Under the pieces are notes generated by a model. It did not search any database. It saw only the letters and a list, made by a program, of their open reading frames with translations, and was not told where the DNA came from. A program made the position numbers and the translations under genes. From Candidatus Uhrbacteria bacterium (GTDB taxonomy: Bacteria > Patescibacteriota > Patescibacteriia > UBA9934 > GWF2-40-263): DNA of 64,000 nucleotides. Of the stretch, positions 1 through 10,336 are shown piece by piece (the stretch's first letter is position 1; each line of letters opens with the position of its first letter). Location of the stretch: contig JBAXQK010000003.1 in assembly GCA_037131775.1 (NCBI GenBank), forward strand, positions 12,439 through 76,438. Direction: 5' to 3'.

Positions 1-639
1 GGCCCAATCGTCCGTCTTGCCGTTTCTACCGGCATTATCGGCATAGTACGCGAAGATCTCATCGATCGCCACGTCATAGCCGCTTCGTTTCGTTGGGTCG
101 ATCGTATGGGTCATCTCGTGGCGAATCACTCCTGCGCCCTCGCCCGAGACGATCAGCTGCACGTCCTTGATTCCCCTCGCCTTTGCCTCGGGAAACACAA
201 CAACAAACCCGGCCGCCTTCCCGTGATGCTCCTCGGGTCTCATCGTGAAAAGCGCGCCAATTTGATTCAGCAATGCGCGGTCTGTTACGACGAATACCGG
301 ACGGACGATCTTTTTCCGCGCAATGGACGAGACGTCCTTGCTGTCCGCGATGACCACGGAGATCGACGACCGCTCGGCGGCCGTGAGAGGAAAATTACGA
401 CGGTCGCGAGGCAAGAGGTCAAGCTGCGGCTTTAAGACGGACAGCAAAATGTCCGCGTGCGAAACTCCGTCCTCGACCATCTTCCCCAGCCGCTCCGTAA
501 TTACCAGATATTCCGCCTCCCGCCGCTCGTCCAACGAAAACTCCCGGCCTTCCTTGGCAAGCTGACGCTTTCTGAGCACCTCCGGCGTGGGAGGCTTTTC
601 CGTCATCTTCGAAAAATCGATTCCGGTTGATTCTCCCAT
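1..639 (-). CDS. Partial (runs off window) putative zincin-type metallopeptidase / HExxH protein
   Basis: Hand translation from ATG at 639: MGESTGIDF...VIRHEMTHTIDP...IDEIFAYY. HExxH at 106-120 with a downstream Glu; no stop in window; extended -10 TGGTATCAT 9 nt upstream. Absent from the ORF track. Confidence 0.6.
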   Translation of the reverse strand, partial: MGESTGIDFSKMTEKPPTPEVLRKRQLAKEGREFSLDERREAEYLVITERLGKMVEDGVSHADILLSVLKPQLDLLPRDRRNFPLTAAERSSISVVIADSKDVSSIARKKIVRPVFVVTDRALLNQIGALFTMRPEEHHGKAAGFVVVFPEAKARGIKDVQLIVSGEGAGVIRHEMTHTIDPTKRSGYDVAIDEIFAYYADNAGRNGKTDDWA

Positions 640-699
640 AGTTTCCGCATGATACCACAACCAAAAGACGGAACCCACTCGGGCTCCGTCTCGTTCTCA

Positions 700-2523
<1,824 letters not shown>

Positions 2524-2545
2524 AGATGGGGATAAATACCCGCGG

Positions 2546-2574
2546 ATAATACAGGATTACGACGAAAGAGTCAA
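2546..2574 (-). promoter_or_regulatory. sigma70 promoter of typA
   Basis: TTGACT-17 nt-TATTAT on the minus strand upstream of typA. Confidence 0.55.
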
Positions 2575-2670
2575 GGACGGAACCTTGATATTTCGGCGTA
2601 AATTTAGCGATTTTTAAATTGAAGGGTCGATGTCAAGACCGTTTGAGGACAAACCGGCCGTTGAGAACAG

Positions 2671-2700
2671 AAAAACATCCCGCATTTGCGGGATGTTTTT
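2671..2700. terminator. Intrinsic terminator after tRNA-Lys
   Basis: AAAAACATCCCGC-ATTT-GCGGGATGTTTTT perfect inverted repeat with A/T tails. Confidence 0.8.
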
Positions 2701-2701
2701 C

Positions 2702-2776
2702 TGGTGCGCTGGGTGGGGATCGGACCCACGACCGCGGGCTTAAAAGGCCCTCGCTCTACCACTGAGCTACCAGCGC
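2702..2776 (-). tRNA. tRNA-Lys(UUU)
   Basis: Cloverleaf GCGCTGG...CCAGCGC-A-CCA; anticodon loop CTTTTAA; atypical T-loop TCCGATC. Confidence 0.93.
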
Positions 2777-2790
2777 GTATTTGCGCCGAG

Positions 2791-2852
2791 ATCATAACAA
2801 AAGATATCGCTCTTGACAACCCTCTTGCGATCTATTGGCCGCCAGCTATAAT
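2791..2852. promoter_or_regulatory. Divergent sigma70 promoters (tRNA-Lys and small Zn-ribbon ORF)
   Basis: Minus strand: TTGTCA-17-TATGAT (2819-2791). Plus strand: TTGCGA-16-TATAAT (2825-2852). Confidence 0.6.
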
Positions 2853-2882
2853 GTCCCTACATAATTTCTAAATTTCTTTTGT

Positions 2883-3035
2883 ATGGCAGACACTGGGGTC
2901 TGTACTCGCTGCGGTGCTGGCGAGAACGGTGACGAGGTTGAGTTGAACGAGATCGGCCTGTGCGTCGACTGCGAGGGCGAGGAGAGCCCGGACGGCCTGG
3001 AGAAGATGGACATGGGTCTGGACGAAGAAGCATAA
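2883..3035 (+). CDS. Small acidic zinc-ribbon-like protein (50 aa)
   Basis: MADTGVCTRCGAGENGDEVELNEIGLCVDCEGEESPDGLEKMDMGLDEEA*; two CxxC; own promoter and terminator; below the ORF track cutoff. Confidence 0.75.
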   Translation: MADTGVCTRCGAGENGDEVELNEIGLCVDCEGEESPDGLEKMDMGLDEEA

Positions 3036-3038
3036 TCG

Positions 3039-3073
3039 AAAACGTCCTCCGCGAATTGCGGGGGACGTTTTTT
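3039..3073. terminator. Bidirectional intrinsic terminator
   Basis: AAAACGTCCTCCGC-GAATT-GCGGGGGACGTTTTTT between convergent genes. Confidence 0.75.
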
Positions 3074-3080
3074 GTCCCTG

Positions 3081-4235
3081 TCATTGCGAGGTCATAGCCG
3101 AAGCAATCTTTTGGAGACGCTGGACGATCGTCGCGGCGACGTCCGTCCTCAGCAGCTTCTGAACATTGTCGCCAAGCGACCGTCGACGCTGTTCGTCGCG
3201 CAGCAACCCGCGAATCGCCTCGAGACACTCCTGCGGACTCGTGGCATCCTCGCAAAGGACGACTGCCGCCTCGCCCGCCTCGAGAACCCGCGCATTGTCC
3301 TCCTGCGGCGAATTCGGCAGCGGAACGACGATCGCCGCCTTCCCTCTCGCGGAAAGGTCCGAGATCGTTCCCATCCCGGCGCGACACACGACCAGGTCCG
3401 CGGCGGTCAGCGCGTCGGACATCGCCTCGGTAAGCAGCTCGACCGCGACGTAGTTGTCGCCCATGGATTCAAGCGTCGGCGTCATCTTGCCCGTCCCGAC
3501 GATGTGGATCACGTTCGCGGTCTCCGCGATCTCGCGCCCGATCGTTTCCATGAGGCGGTTCAGGAACAGCGCACCTCCGCCTCCGCCGAAGACAAGGACT
3601 GTTGGGCGCGAGGGGTCAAGACCGAAGCGACGAACGTAGGACTCGTGAAAACCCGACGGGACTAGAGTCCCTGGGAATTCCGTCGAGACGGGACTAAAGT
3701 CCCTGGGAAACGAGTTCACAGGGACTTTAGTCCCGTTCGCTCGCACAGGATTCCCCACCCACGCCGACTTCCCCTTCGGAAACGCCGCGAGCGACGATTC
3801 CCAGGCCGTCGAGATCCACGTCGCGAACGGGACGACGAGACGGCTCGACAGGATCGGACGAACGTCCTGCTGGTGGAGCCACGACGGGATCCCGAGCAGG
3901 CGCGCGGCGACGATGAGCGGAACGCCAGTAAATCCTCCCGCGGACGCGACAAGGTTCGGCTGTTCGTCCTTCAGAATCCCCCACGACTGCCGCGCCGCCC
4001 GAAACAGGTTCACCGGCAGCGTCAGCCACTCGACCGACGGATATCGCGTCAGACGCGCGACGGGAATCGAAACGAACCGCAGCCCCGCCGCCTCCACGAC
4101 CTTCCGGTCCGGCCCGCCCGGCGTCCCGACCCAAACGAACTCAACCGCAGGATCGACGACGCGCCAAGCCTCCGCGACGGCCAGAAGCGGCGTCACGGGC
4201 CCGAGCGTTCCTCCGCCGGCGAATAATATCTTCAT
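3081..4235 (-). CDS. murG: Lipid II GlcNAc transferase MurG (with in-frame insertion)
   Basis: MKILFAGGGTLGPV, GNPVR, VLVFGGGGG, CRAGMGT, QEDNAR; downstream of ftsW. Start trimmed to MKIL. Confidence 0.93.
   Translation of the reverse strand: MKILFAGGGTLGPVTPLLAVAEAWRVVDPAVEFVWVGTPGGPDRKVVEAAGLRFVSIPVARLTRYPSVEWLTLPVNLFRAARQSWGILKDEQPNLVASAGGFTGVPLIVAARLLGIPSWLHQQDVRPILSSRLVVPFATWISTAWESSLAAFPKGKSAWVGNPVRANGTKVPVNSFPRDFSPVSTEFPGTLVPSGFHESYVRRFGLDPSRPTVLVFGGGGGALFLNRLMETIGREIAETANVIHIVGTGKMTPTLESMGDNYVAVELLTEAMSDALTAADLVVCRAGMGTISDLSARGKAAIVVPLPNSPQEDNARVLEAGEAAVVLCEDATSPQECLEAIRGLLRDEQRRRSLGDNVQKLLRTDVAATIVQRLQKIASAMTSQ
3655..3738. repeat. Three copies of a GGGACT-NN-AGTCCC palindromic element inside murG
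   Basis: GACGGGACTAGAGTCCCTGGGAA (3655-3677), GACGGGACTAAAGTCCCTGGGAA (3687-3709), inverted CACAGGGACTTTAGTCCCGTTC (3717-3738). Confidence 0.85.
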
Positions 4236-4331
4236 AGTCGCTGAGTCATTGAGTCGCTGAGTCGCTGAGTTGAAAATTCCCAAGCAATTTTCCTTCACTC
4301 AATCACTCAACGACTCAACGACTTAATCACT
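4236..4331. repeat. Inverted 8-mer tandem arrays
   Basis: (AGTCGCTG)-like x4, then inverted (GACTCAAC)-like x4, filling the ftsW-murG junction. Confidence 0.8.
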
Positions 4332-5441
4332 TTTTCCTTTTCCATACCTCGAAATATTCAGAACCACCCCGATCGCGCACATGACGATTGCCATGGACGA
4401 TCCTCCGTAGGAAATAAGCGGGAGGGTGATGCCCGTCATGGGCATGATGGCTACCATGGACCCGATGTTGACGAACGCCTGCAGCACGAGCCAGACGCCG
4501 ATGCCCGTTGCGACGTATTTGCCGAACTTGTCCGGGGACTCGTCGGCGATCTTGAGCGTGCGCCACAAAAACACCAGGAACATCACAAGTACGAGGACGG
4601 CCACGACCATTCCCATCTCCTCGCCGATGACCGCATAGATGGAGTCGCCCTCCACCTCCGGAAGGTACTGGAACTTCTGGCGCGAATGGCCGTATCCGAG
4701 GCCGAAGATTCCTCCCGATCCGATGGCGAGCAACGCCTGGTTGATATGGTAGCCGATCCCCTGCGGATCGAGCTCCGGATTCAGAAAGGTCGTGAAGCGA
4801 GCCGCGCGGTACGGGGCGATGCCGATCAGAATCGCGAGCGTCGAAGCGCCCGCGGCGATCAGTCCTCCGACGTATACGAGCGGCGCGCCGGCGACGAAGT
4901 AGACGACGAGCGACATCGCCGCGATAATCGTCATCGTGCCGACGTCCGGCTGGAGAAAGAGGAGCATGAGAATGATACCGAGCGTTCCGATGAACGGAAG
5001 GAACCCGCCTTGCACGTCGCGAACGCCCATTTCCCCGCGCTTCTCGAGCCAGGCGGAAAGATAGAACAGGAAGGTTAGCTTCACGATTTCCGACGGCTGG
5101 AGCGAGAATAGCCCGGCGATGGAAATCCAGCTGTGCGCCGTTCCAATTCTGGCAGAGATGCCCGGGATGAATACGATGACGAGAAGCCCGATCGAGATCA
5201 GCAGCAGGTTCCAGGCGTTCTTTTTCCAAAACGTGTACGGAATGAGGCTGAAGCCGATCATTCCCGCGAGGCCCGGCAGGAATCCGAACACCAGCTGGTG
5301 GACGACGAAGTAATAGCTGTCCGAAAACCGCGCGTACCCTACCGGCGCCGAGGCCGAGGCGAGCATCATCATGCCGAACAGCGCGATCGCGGACACGATC
5401 GCAAGGTAGGTGTAATCGAAGGGGCGGAGTTCTTTTGCCAT
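4323..5441 (-). CDS. ftsW: Cell division SEDS protein FtsW
   Basis: Multi-TM; SLQPSEIVK, LQPDVGT, GSGGIFGLGYGHSRQKFQYLPE, PLISYGGSS; between mraY and murG. Confidence 0.95.
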   Translation of the reverse strand: MAKELRPFDYTYLAIVSAIALFGMMMLASASAPVGYARFSDSYYFVVHQLVFGFLPGLAGMIGFSLIPYTFWKKNAWNLLLISIGLLVIVFIPGISARIGTAHSWISIAGLFSLQPSEIVKLTFLFYLSAWLEKRGEMGVRDVQGGFLPFIGTLGIILMLLFLQPDVGTMTIIAAMSLVVYFVAGAPLVYVGGLIAAGASTLAILIGIAPYRAARFTTFLNPELDPQGIGYHINQALLAIGSGGIFGLGYGHSRQKFQYLPEVEGDSIYAVIGEEMGMVVAVLVLVMFLVFLWRTLKIADESPDKFGKYVATGIGVWLVLQAFVNIGSMVAIMPMTGITLPLISYGGSSMAIVMCAIGVVLNISRYGKGKSD

Positions 5442-5445
5442 GTCG

Positions 5446-6501
5446 TTATCGCATCAATGCGTCGAGAAGGGCGAGGGCGATTCCGATCGCGGCGGAGACC
5501 ATCGAGATGACCCAGAGCCGCATGACGATCTGCGGCTCAAGCCAGCCGGAGGCTTCCAGGTGATGGTGGAATGGCGCCGACAGAAACAGCTTTTTCTTGA
5601 ACAGCTTGCGCCAGGAGATTTGGAAGATAACGGACAATGACTCGAGCACGAACACGATTCCAATCACCGGCAGGAGCAGCGCCGAGTTCGTGAGCATCGC
5701 CACGATGCCGAGCGTGACGCCGAGCGACATGGCGCCCGTGTCGCCCATGAAGAACTTGGCGGGATAGATGTTTTCCCACAGGAACGCCAGCAGTGCGCCG
5801 ATGATCACGCCGCAGAACGCCGACAGGTCGTAGTGGCCCTGCGCGAACGCGACGATGGCGTACGCGGCGAACGCGGTGAACAGCGTGCCTCCCGCGAGGC
5901 CGTCGAGGCCGTCCGTCTCGTTGACCGAGAACGCGGTGGCGACGATGACGAAGATGAAGAACGGAACGTACCAGATGCCCACGTGGAAATCGCCCATGAA
6001 CGGGACGTGCAGCAGGTCCCAATCCAGCTTGGCGCGGAACCACCAGGCGCCGATGACCGCGATCAGCGTGTAGATCGCCAGCCGGTGGCGGGCACGGAGA
6101 CCTCCGCCGTGCGCTCCGAGGCCGCGGATGTTGAAGTAGTCGTCGACGAATCCGACGATGGCCGAGGCGACGAGCGCGCCGAGCGGAAGAAGCGTCTCGG
6201 AACGCGACAGGAAGCTCAGGCGCTCGAGGAACGTTCCCGGCACGGCCTGAGAGAGGACGGAGAGGCCGACGGCAAGCAGGAGGACCGTTCCCCAGATCAG
6301 GATACCGCCCATGGTCGGCGTCCCAGATTTCTTCGCGTGCAATTTCGCGAACACCGGCGTCTCGGCTCCCGGACGAATCGACTTTCCCGCGCGCCAGTGC
6401 ACGAGCGCCCAAAGCAGCATCGGCATCCACGCGAATGCGACGCCGAACGAAAGCGCGGTAAGCACGAGAACTCGGACGATCTCTGATGTTTCTAGGGTCA
6501 T
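5446..6501 (-). CDS. mraY: Phospho-N-acetylmuramoyl-pentapeptide transferase
   Basis: KSGTPTMGG, GFVDD, NETDGLDGL, FMGDTG, APFHHHLE. Confidence 0.97.
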   Translation of the reverse strand: MTLETSEIVRVLVLTALSFGVAFAWMPMLLWALVHWRAGKSIRPGAETPVFAKLHAKKSGTPTMGGILIWGTVLLLAVGLSVLSQAVPGTFLERLSFLSRSETLLPLGALVASAIVGFVDDYFNIRGLGAHGGGLRARHRLAIYTLIAVIGAWWFRAKLDWDLLHVPFMGDFHVGIWYVPFFIFVIVATAFSVNETDGLDGLAGGTLFTAFAAYAIVAFAQGHYDLSAFCGVIIGALLAFLWENIYPAKFFMGDTGAMSLGVTLGIVAMLTNSALLLPVIGIVFVLESLSVIFQISWRKLFKKKLFLSAPFHHHLEASGWLEPQIVMRLWVISMVSAAIGIALALLDALMR

Positions 6502-6866
6502 AGGTTCAGGAGGACGATCAGGACCATCGACACGAGCAGAATTGCCTCGGTCGCCACGGTCGCGACGGCGAAGAATGTCGACAGAACCTTTTCGCGCTTA
6601 GACAGGAAAATCTGAAAGATCGTGTTAATGACCAGAAGCGCCAGCCCGATCGCCGGAAGCACGAACACCTGCTGCCATGGGCCGGACTCGTCGATGCCCA
6701 TGTAGACGTTGTAATGCAGCGGGATGAACGGGGTCGTGCTGGCGATTGGAAGGATCCTCCATGCCGGGAGCGCGAACGTCATTAACAGCAAGACGCCGGA
6801 GACAATCGTCGTCCGGCGGTACAATTTGGATGTCTTGAGCAGGTCCCTGAGGTCTTTTCGAAGCAT
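6498..6866 (-). CDS. Conserved membrane protein (IPLHYN motif, DUF1648-like)
   Basis: Three TM segments; FIPLHYNVYMGID; overlaps the mraY start; TATAAT 6 nt upstream of ATG 6866. Confidence 0.7.
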   Translation of the reverse strand: MLRKDLRDLLKTSKLYRRTTIVSGVLLLMTFALPAWRILPIASTTPFIPLHYNVYMGIDESGPWQQVFVLPAIGLALLVINTIFQIFLSKREKVLSTFFAVATVATEAILLVSMVLIVLLNL

Positions 6867-6873
6867 GAGCACA

Positions 6874-7119
6874 TTATACCGCATCTTCGTCGTCGACGGA
6901 TACGACCTCCTTGACCACGTCCGGAAACGCGTCGGTCAGCGCCATCTCGATCCCCATCTTCAGTGTGATCTTGGACATCGGACAGCCGCGGCAGGCTCCC
7001 TCGAGGCGAACGCGGACGACTCCCGTTGCCTCGTCAAAACTCACCAACTGAATATCCCCGCCATCCATGCGGAGGGCGGGGCGTACTTGATTCAGGACCT
7101 GTTCGATTCGGTCGCGCAT
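6874..7119 (-). CDS. NifU/NfuA C-terminal domain protein
   Basis: VRPALRMDGGDIQLV...LEGACRGCPMSKITLKMGIE. Confidence 0.92.
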   Translation of the reverse strand: MRDRIEQVLNQVRPALRMDGGDIQLVSFDEATGVVRVRLEGACRGCPMSKITLKMGIEMALTDAFPDVVKEVVSVDDEDAV

Positions 7120-7121
7120 AG

Positions 7122-7204
7122 GGGAAGGGGTCAAGGGTTTCGATGGGTTCAAAGGTTTCGAGGGGTAATTTTCCCTAGATCCCTTTGACCCCTTCGACCC
7201 CCTC
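7122..7204. repeat. Inverted 9-mer tandem arrays
   Basis: AGGGGTCAA/AGGTTTCGA-like units followed by inverted TTGACCCCT/TCGACCCCC units between rpmA and the nifU-like gene. Confidence 0.7.
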
Positions 7205-7489
7205 TTATGCCTTCACCTCGATCACGTTCGCGTACGTTGCGCGCTTCAGGGCGCCCGTAAAGTTCGTGCGCATCTTCTTGGAAAACTTCACCATGCCGTC
7301 GATTCCGGCGTAGATGGTGTCGTCCTTCCCCTTTTTCACGCCGGCTCCCGGGTGAATCTTGGTGCCGCGCTGGCGAACGATGATCTGACCGGCCAACGCG
7401 CGGTCGCCATCCGAAATTTTCACGCCGAGGCGCTGACCCTGAGAATCGCGACCAAGGGATGTAGAACCTGCTGCTTTTTTATGTGCCAT
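7205..7489 (-). CDS. rpmA: 50S ribosomal protein L27
   Basis: [24 protein letters not shown]...IIVRQRGT. Confidence 0.98.
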   Translation of the reverse strand: MAHKKAAGSTSLGRDSQGQRLGVKISDGDRALAGQIIVRQRGTKIHPGAGVKKGKDDTIYAGIDGMVKFSKKMRTNFTGALKRATYANVIEVKA

Positions 7490-7629
7490 AATTGGGTGAA
7501 AACTCGAAGCAAGAAGCTCGAAGTTCGAAGAGTAATAACGCCGGAAATGTACAGGAAAGGCAGGATTGTGTCAAACCATTCTGTGAATCTTGGGTAAAAG
7601 GACAAAAAAAGAACCGCGATGCGGTTCAG

Positions 7630-7980
7630 TCAGCTCTGTTCGAGACGAGCGATTTCCGCGTCAATCGGGCGAAGTTCCCGATTCGTGTGGACGAAGTTCC
7701 ACAGGTTCAGGACGAGGACGAGTCCGAACGGGGCCGACAAGGCGAGCCTTGTCTCTCCCTCAGACTCGAACATGCGACCCATGACAAGCATCATAACGCC
7801 CGTCTCGACCCCGATCGCGAGCGGAACCGTGAAGATCGTCACGTAGAATGCCCTGGCCCGCGCCATCCACACGATCGCATCCCGCTGTTCCCGCAGCTCC
7901 CCGTGCTTCACCGGATCCAAAATCGGCTTTCGAATCGGCGAACGTCCGCCCGGATATATCCTGAATCTTCCTCGATCCAT
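7630..7980 (-). CDS. Hypothetical two-TM membrane protein
   Basis: Two hydrophobic stretches; no family recognised. Confidence 0.55.
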   Translation of the reverse strand: MDRGRFRIYPGGRSPIRKPILDPVKHGELREQRDAIVWMARARAFYVTIFTVPLAIGVETGVMMLVMGRMFESEGETRLALSAPFGLVLVLNLWNFVHTNRELRPIDAEIARLEQS

Positions 7981-8054
7981 TTGTGCCTCCCTTCGATCAA
8001 AGCTATCGCGTTTGGTCGAAACGGTCAAAATTCAAACAAAAAAATACCTCCGCC

Positions 8055-9617
8055 TCAGTAGGCGAAGGTGAACGTGGAGCCAGAGGACTCGATGGCGACG
8101 CTGACGTCGGTGAGCGTCTCGTCGACGTACCAGTGGTCCATGTTGGCCAGGCTGATGATGCCGTCCGCGTCGGTGGCGTACGGGCTGAAGCCGGTACGGC
8201 CTATTGAGATGGTCGTAGAGAAGCCGTCGCCGCCGTACGTTCCGTCCATGTCCGAGTAGCTTTTGTCAGTTGCCACGAGCATGATTCGGGCCGGCGAGAA
8301 TCCGGTGGTTTCCCAGGCATCCTCGTATCCGACGGGGACCGTGATCGTCACCTGGAAGCCGATCCCGTCGTTGTGGATCGCGACGGCCACCTCGCAGTCG
8401 GCGGTCGGCTCGTCGATGCCGGCCGTGCCGTCGCAGTCGAGATCTTCCGACGAGCAGCCCTCGTCAACGCCGGGGTGGACGCTCGCGTCGCGGTCGTCGC
8501 AGTCGTCCTCGCAGCCGAGGTACCCGTCGCCGTCCGCGTCGGAACCGGGAAAGGTCGAGGTGTCCGAGTCGTCGCAGTCGTCGCCGACCGTCGTCGCGTT
8601 CCAGAACGCGGTCGGATTGCAGGTGACATCGGTCACGCCCGGGTCGCCGTAGCCGTCCCGGTCGCCGTCGTTGTACCAGGTCATCGCATCCACCGCGTCA
8701 TTGTCGACCTGCCCGTCGCAGTCGTTGTCGCTCCAGTCGCAGATCTCGGGAGCGCCGGGATAGCTGACCGGGTTCCAGTCCTCGCAGTCGGTGGCATCCG
8801 CGACGTAGCCTTCAGGCTGATCGCAGGCGAACTCGACCTTTCCGGAATCGCCGAACCCGTCGGCGTCGCTGTCGAGGTAGAACGGCGTTCCGTCCTCGGG
8901 ATCGTCGTCGACTTCCCCGCTGCAGTCGTTGTCCACGCCGTCGCAGAGCTCTGTCGCCGCGGTCCGGATCGCCGGGTCCGCGTCGTCGCAGTCGTACCCT
9001 TTCGTCGCGTAGCCGTCGACGGGACGCTCGCAGGCGATGACCATGACGTCGGGGTTGCCCTCGAAGTCGCCGTCCGCGTCCGCATAGAACGTCTTTCCGT
9101 CCACGGGCTCCTCGTCGACCGCGCCGTCGCAGTCGTCGTCGAGCCCGTCGCACGTTTCGATCCCGGCCGGGCTGACGGCGGCGTTTCCGTCGTCGCAGTC
9201 CGTGCCGTCCGCGACGTATGCGGAAATCGTCTCGCAGGAGACGAACGGGGCGTTCGGATCGCCGAACCCGTCGGCGTCCGCATCGGCGAACCATGAGGTC
9301 GCGTCGAGCGAATCCGTCGGATCGACCGCGCCGTCGCAGTCGTCGTCGATCCCGTTGCAGAGCTCATCCGCGCCGGGGTGAACCTTCGGCCTCGCGTCAT
9401 CGCAGTCGTCCGCGTTGTCCGCGTAGTACCGGAGCTTGACGCACGACGAGATCGTCTCGCCGTTCGCGTCACCGTACCCGTCGTCGTCCGCATCCGTGTA
9501 AAACGTCGCGGGTTCCTGGCCGTCGACGCAGGGTGACGAGTTCGACGGAGAAACGGAATCGTTGGTCGTAGCGATCGTGGGGTTCTGGCAGGCAATCGTC
9601 AGCAAAAGAGCGAGCAT
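8055..9617 (-). CDS. Lipoprotein with putative metal-binding (MopE-like/myxobacterial Cys-Asp) repeats
   Basis: MLALLLTIAC signal/lipobox; about 5-6 repeats of FYxDADxDGxG...DCDD...ExCDGxDNDCDG; SD GAGG upstream. Confidence 0.85.
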   Translation of the reverse strand: MLALLLTIACQNPTIATTNDSVSPSNSSPCVDGQEPATFYTDADDDGYGDANGETISSCVKLRYYADNADDCDDARPKVHPGADELCNGIDDDCDGAVDPTDSLDATSWFADADADGFGDPNAPFVSCETISAYVADGTDCDDGNAAVSPAGIETCDGLDDDCDGAVDEEPVDGKTFYADADGDFEGNPDVMVIACERPVDGYATKGYDCDDADPAIRTAATELCDGVDNDCSGEVDDDPEDGTPFYLDSDADGFGDSGKVEFACDQPEGYVADATDCEDWNPVSYPGAPEICDWSDNDCDGQVDNDAVDAMTWYNDGDRDGYGDPGVTDVTCNPTAFWNATTVGDDCDDSDTSTFPGSDADGDGYLGCEDDCDDRDASVHPGVDEGCSSEDLDCDGTAGIDEPTADCEVAVAIHNDGIGFQVTITVPVGYEDAWETTGFSPARIMLVATDKSYSDMDGTYGGDGFSTTISIGRTGFSPYATDADGIISLANMDHWYVDETLTDVSVAIESSGSTFTFAY

Positions 9618-9670
9618 CGTGTGTATTCCTCTGGTTTGGTTGGGTATCGGTCCGGCCACGCCGGCCGCCG

Positions 9671-9759
9671 ACGGTATCAAGAACGAGGCTGTTTGTCAAT
9701 CGTTACATGGGGAGAACCGTTGCGTTTGCGTTGACATACGGTCATTTTTCTGCTATTCT
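9671..9759. promoter_or_regulatory. Divergent sigma70 promoters
   Basis: Plus strand: TTGACA(9731)-17-TATTCT. Minus strand: TTGACA(9699)-17-TACCGT. Confidence 0.55.
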
Positions 9760-9790
9760 CTCCCCTTCTCACACAAACAGGAGGTGCGAG

Positions 9791-10279
9791 ATGATTCTGG
9801 AACCTTCGGCCGCGAGCGCGGTCAAGAGAGCAATCGATGCCGTCTACCTCATGTGGCGGCAGGTGGGAATCGCGGTTCCCGGGATAATCGCCCCCGAGTC
9901 CCCGCCGATCATCTTCGCGGAGACCGACGGAACGCGCCACGCGATCGCCGCAGGATCGTCAAACGACGTGTTCGGCGCAGCCCATCTGTCCGCCGGCCAC
10001 ATGTGGCCGGTATATGGAAGCGGATGCGCTGTCAAAGGATCCGTGCAAATCCTGGACGATTCCGGGCAAACGGAGATTCCCGGATTTGTTCACCTGCACC
10101 GACGGGGGATCTTCGTCGGAGGCGGAAGTTCCGACAGTCCGGAGTCGGAAACAATCCGATACTTCTTTCGCCACCGGTCCGAGTACTCCGCCTTCTACCC
10201 CGTCACGTTCCGCCGCGTCCTCGACGCCGAAACGTACCCCTGGCGCGCCTTCCGTCGCGACCCGCCGGCCTCATCCTGA
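9791..10279 (+). CDS. Hypothetical protein
   Basis: AGGAGG SD before ATG 9791; promoter upstream; hairpin after the stop. Confidence 0.65.
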   Translation: MILEPSAASAVKRAIDAVYLMWRQVGIAVPGIIAPESPPIIFAETDGTRHAIAAGSSNDVFGAAHLSAGHMWPVYGSGCAVKGSVQILDDSGQTEIPGFVHLHRRGIFVGGGSSDSPESETIRYFFRHRSEYSAFYPVTFRRVLDAETYPWRAFRRDPPASS

Positions 10280-10336
10280 GGCCGGCACTTTTTGTCTAAA
10301 CCAAAAGACCGGACCAACCGGCCCGGTCTCAATCGT

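Noticed and set aside
3655-3738. Possible mini CRISPR array
   Set aside because: Spacers are about 9 nt, one copy is inverted, it lies inside a CDS, and there are no cas genes.
8400-9500. DNA-level repeats as a possible DGR or repeat element
   Set aside because: Explained by protein repeats; no reverse transcriptase and no adenine-specific TR/VR pair seen.
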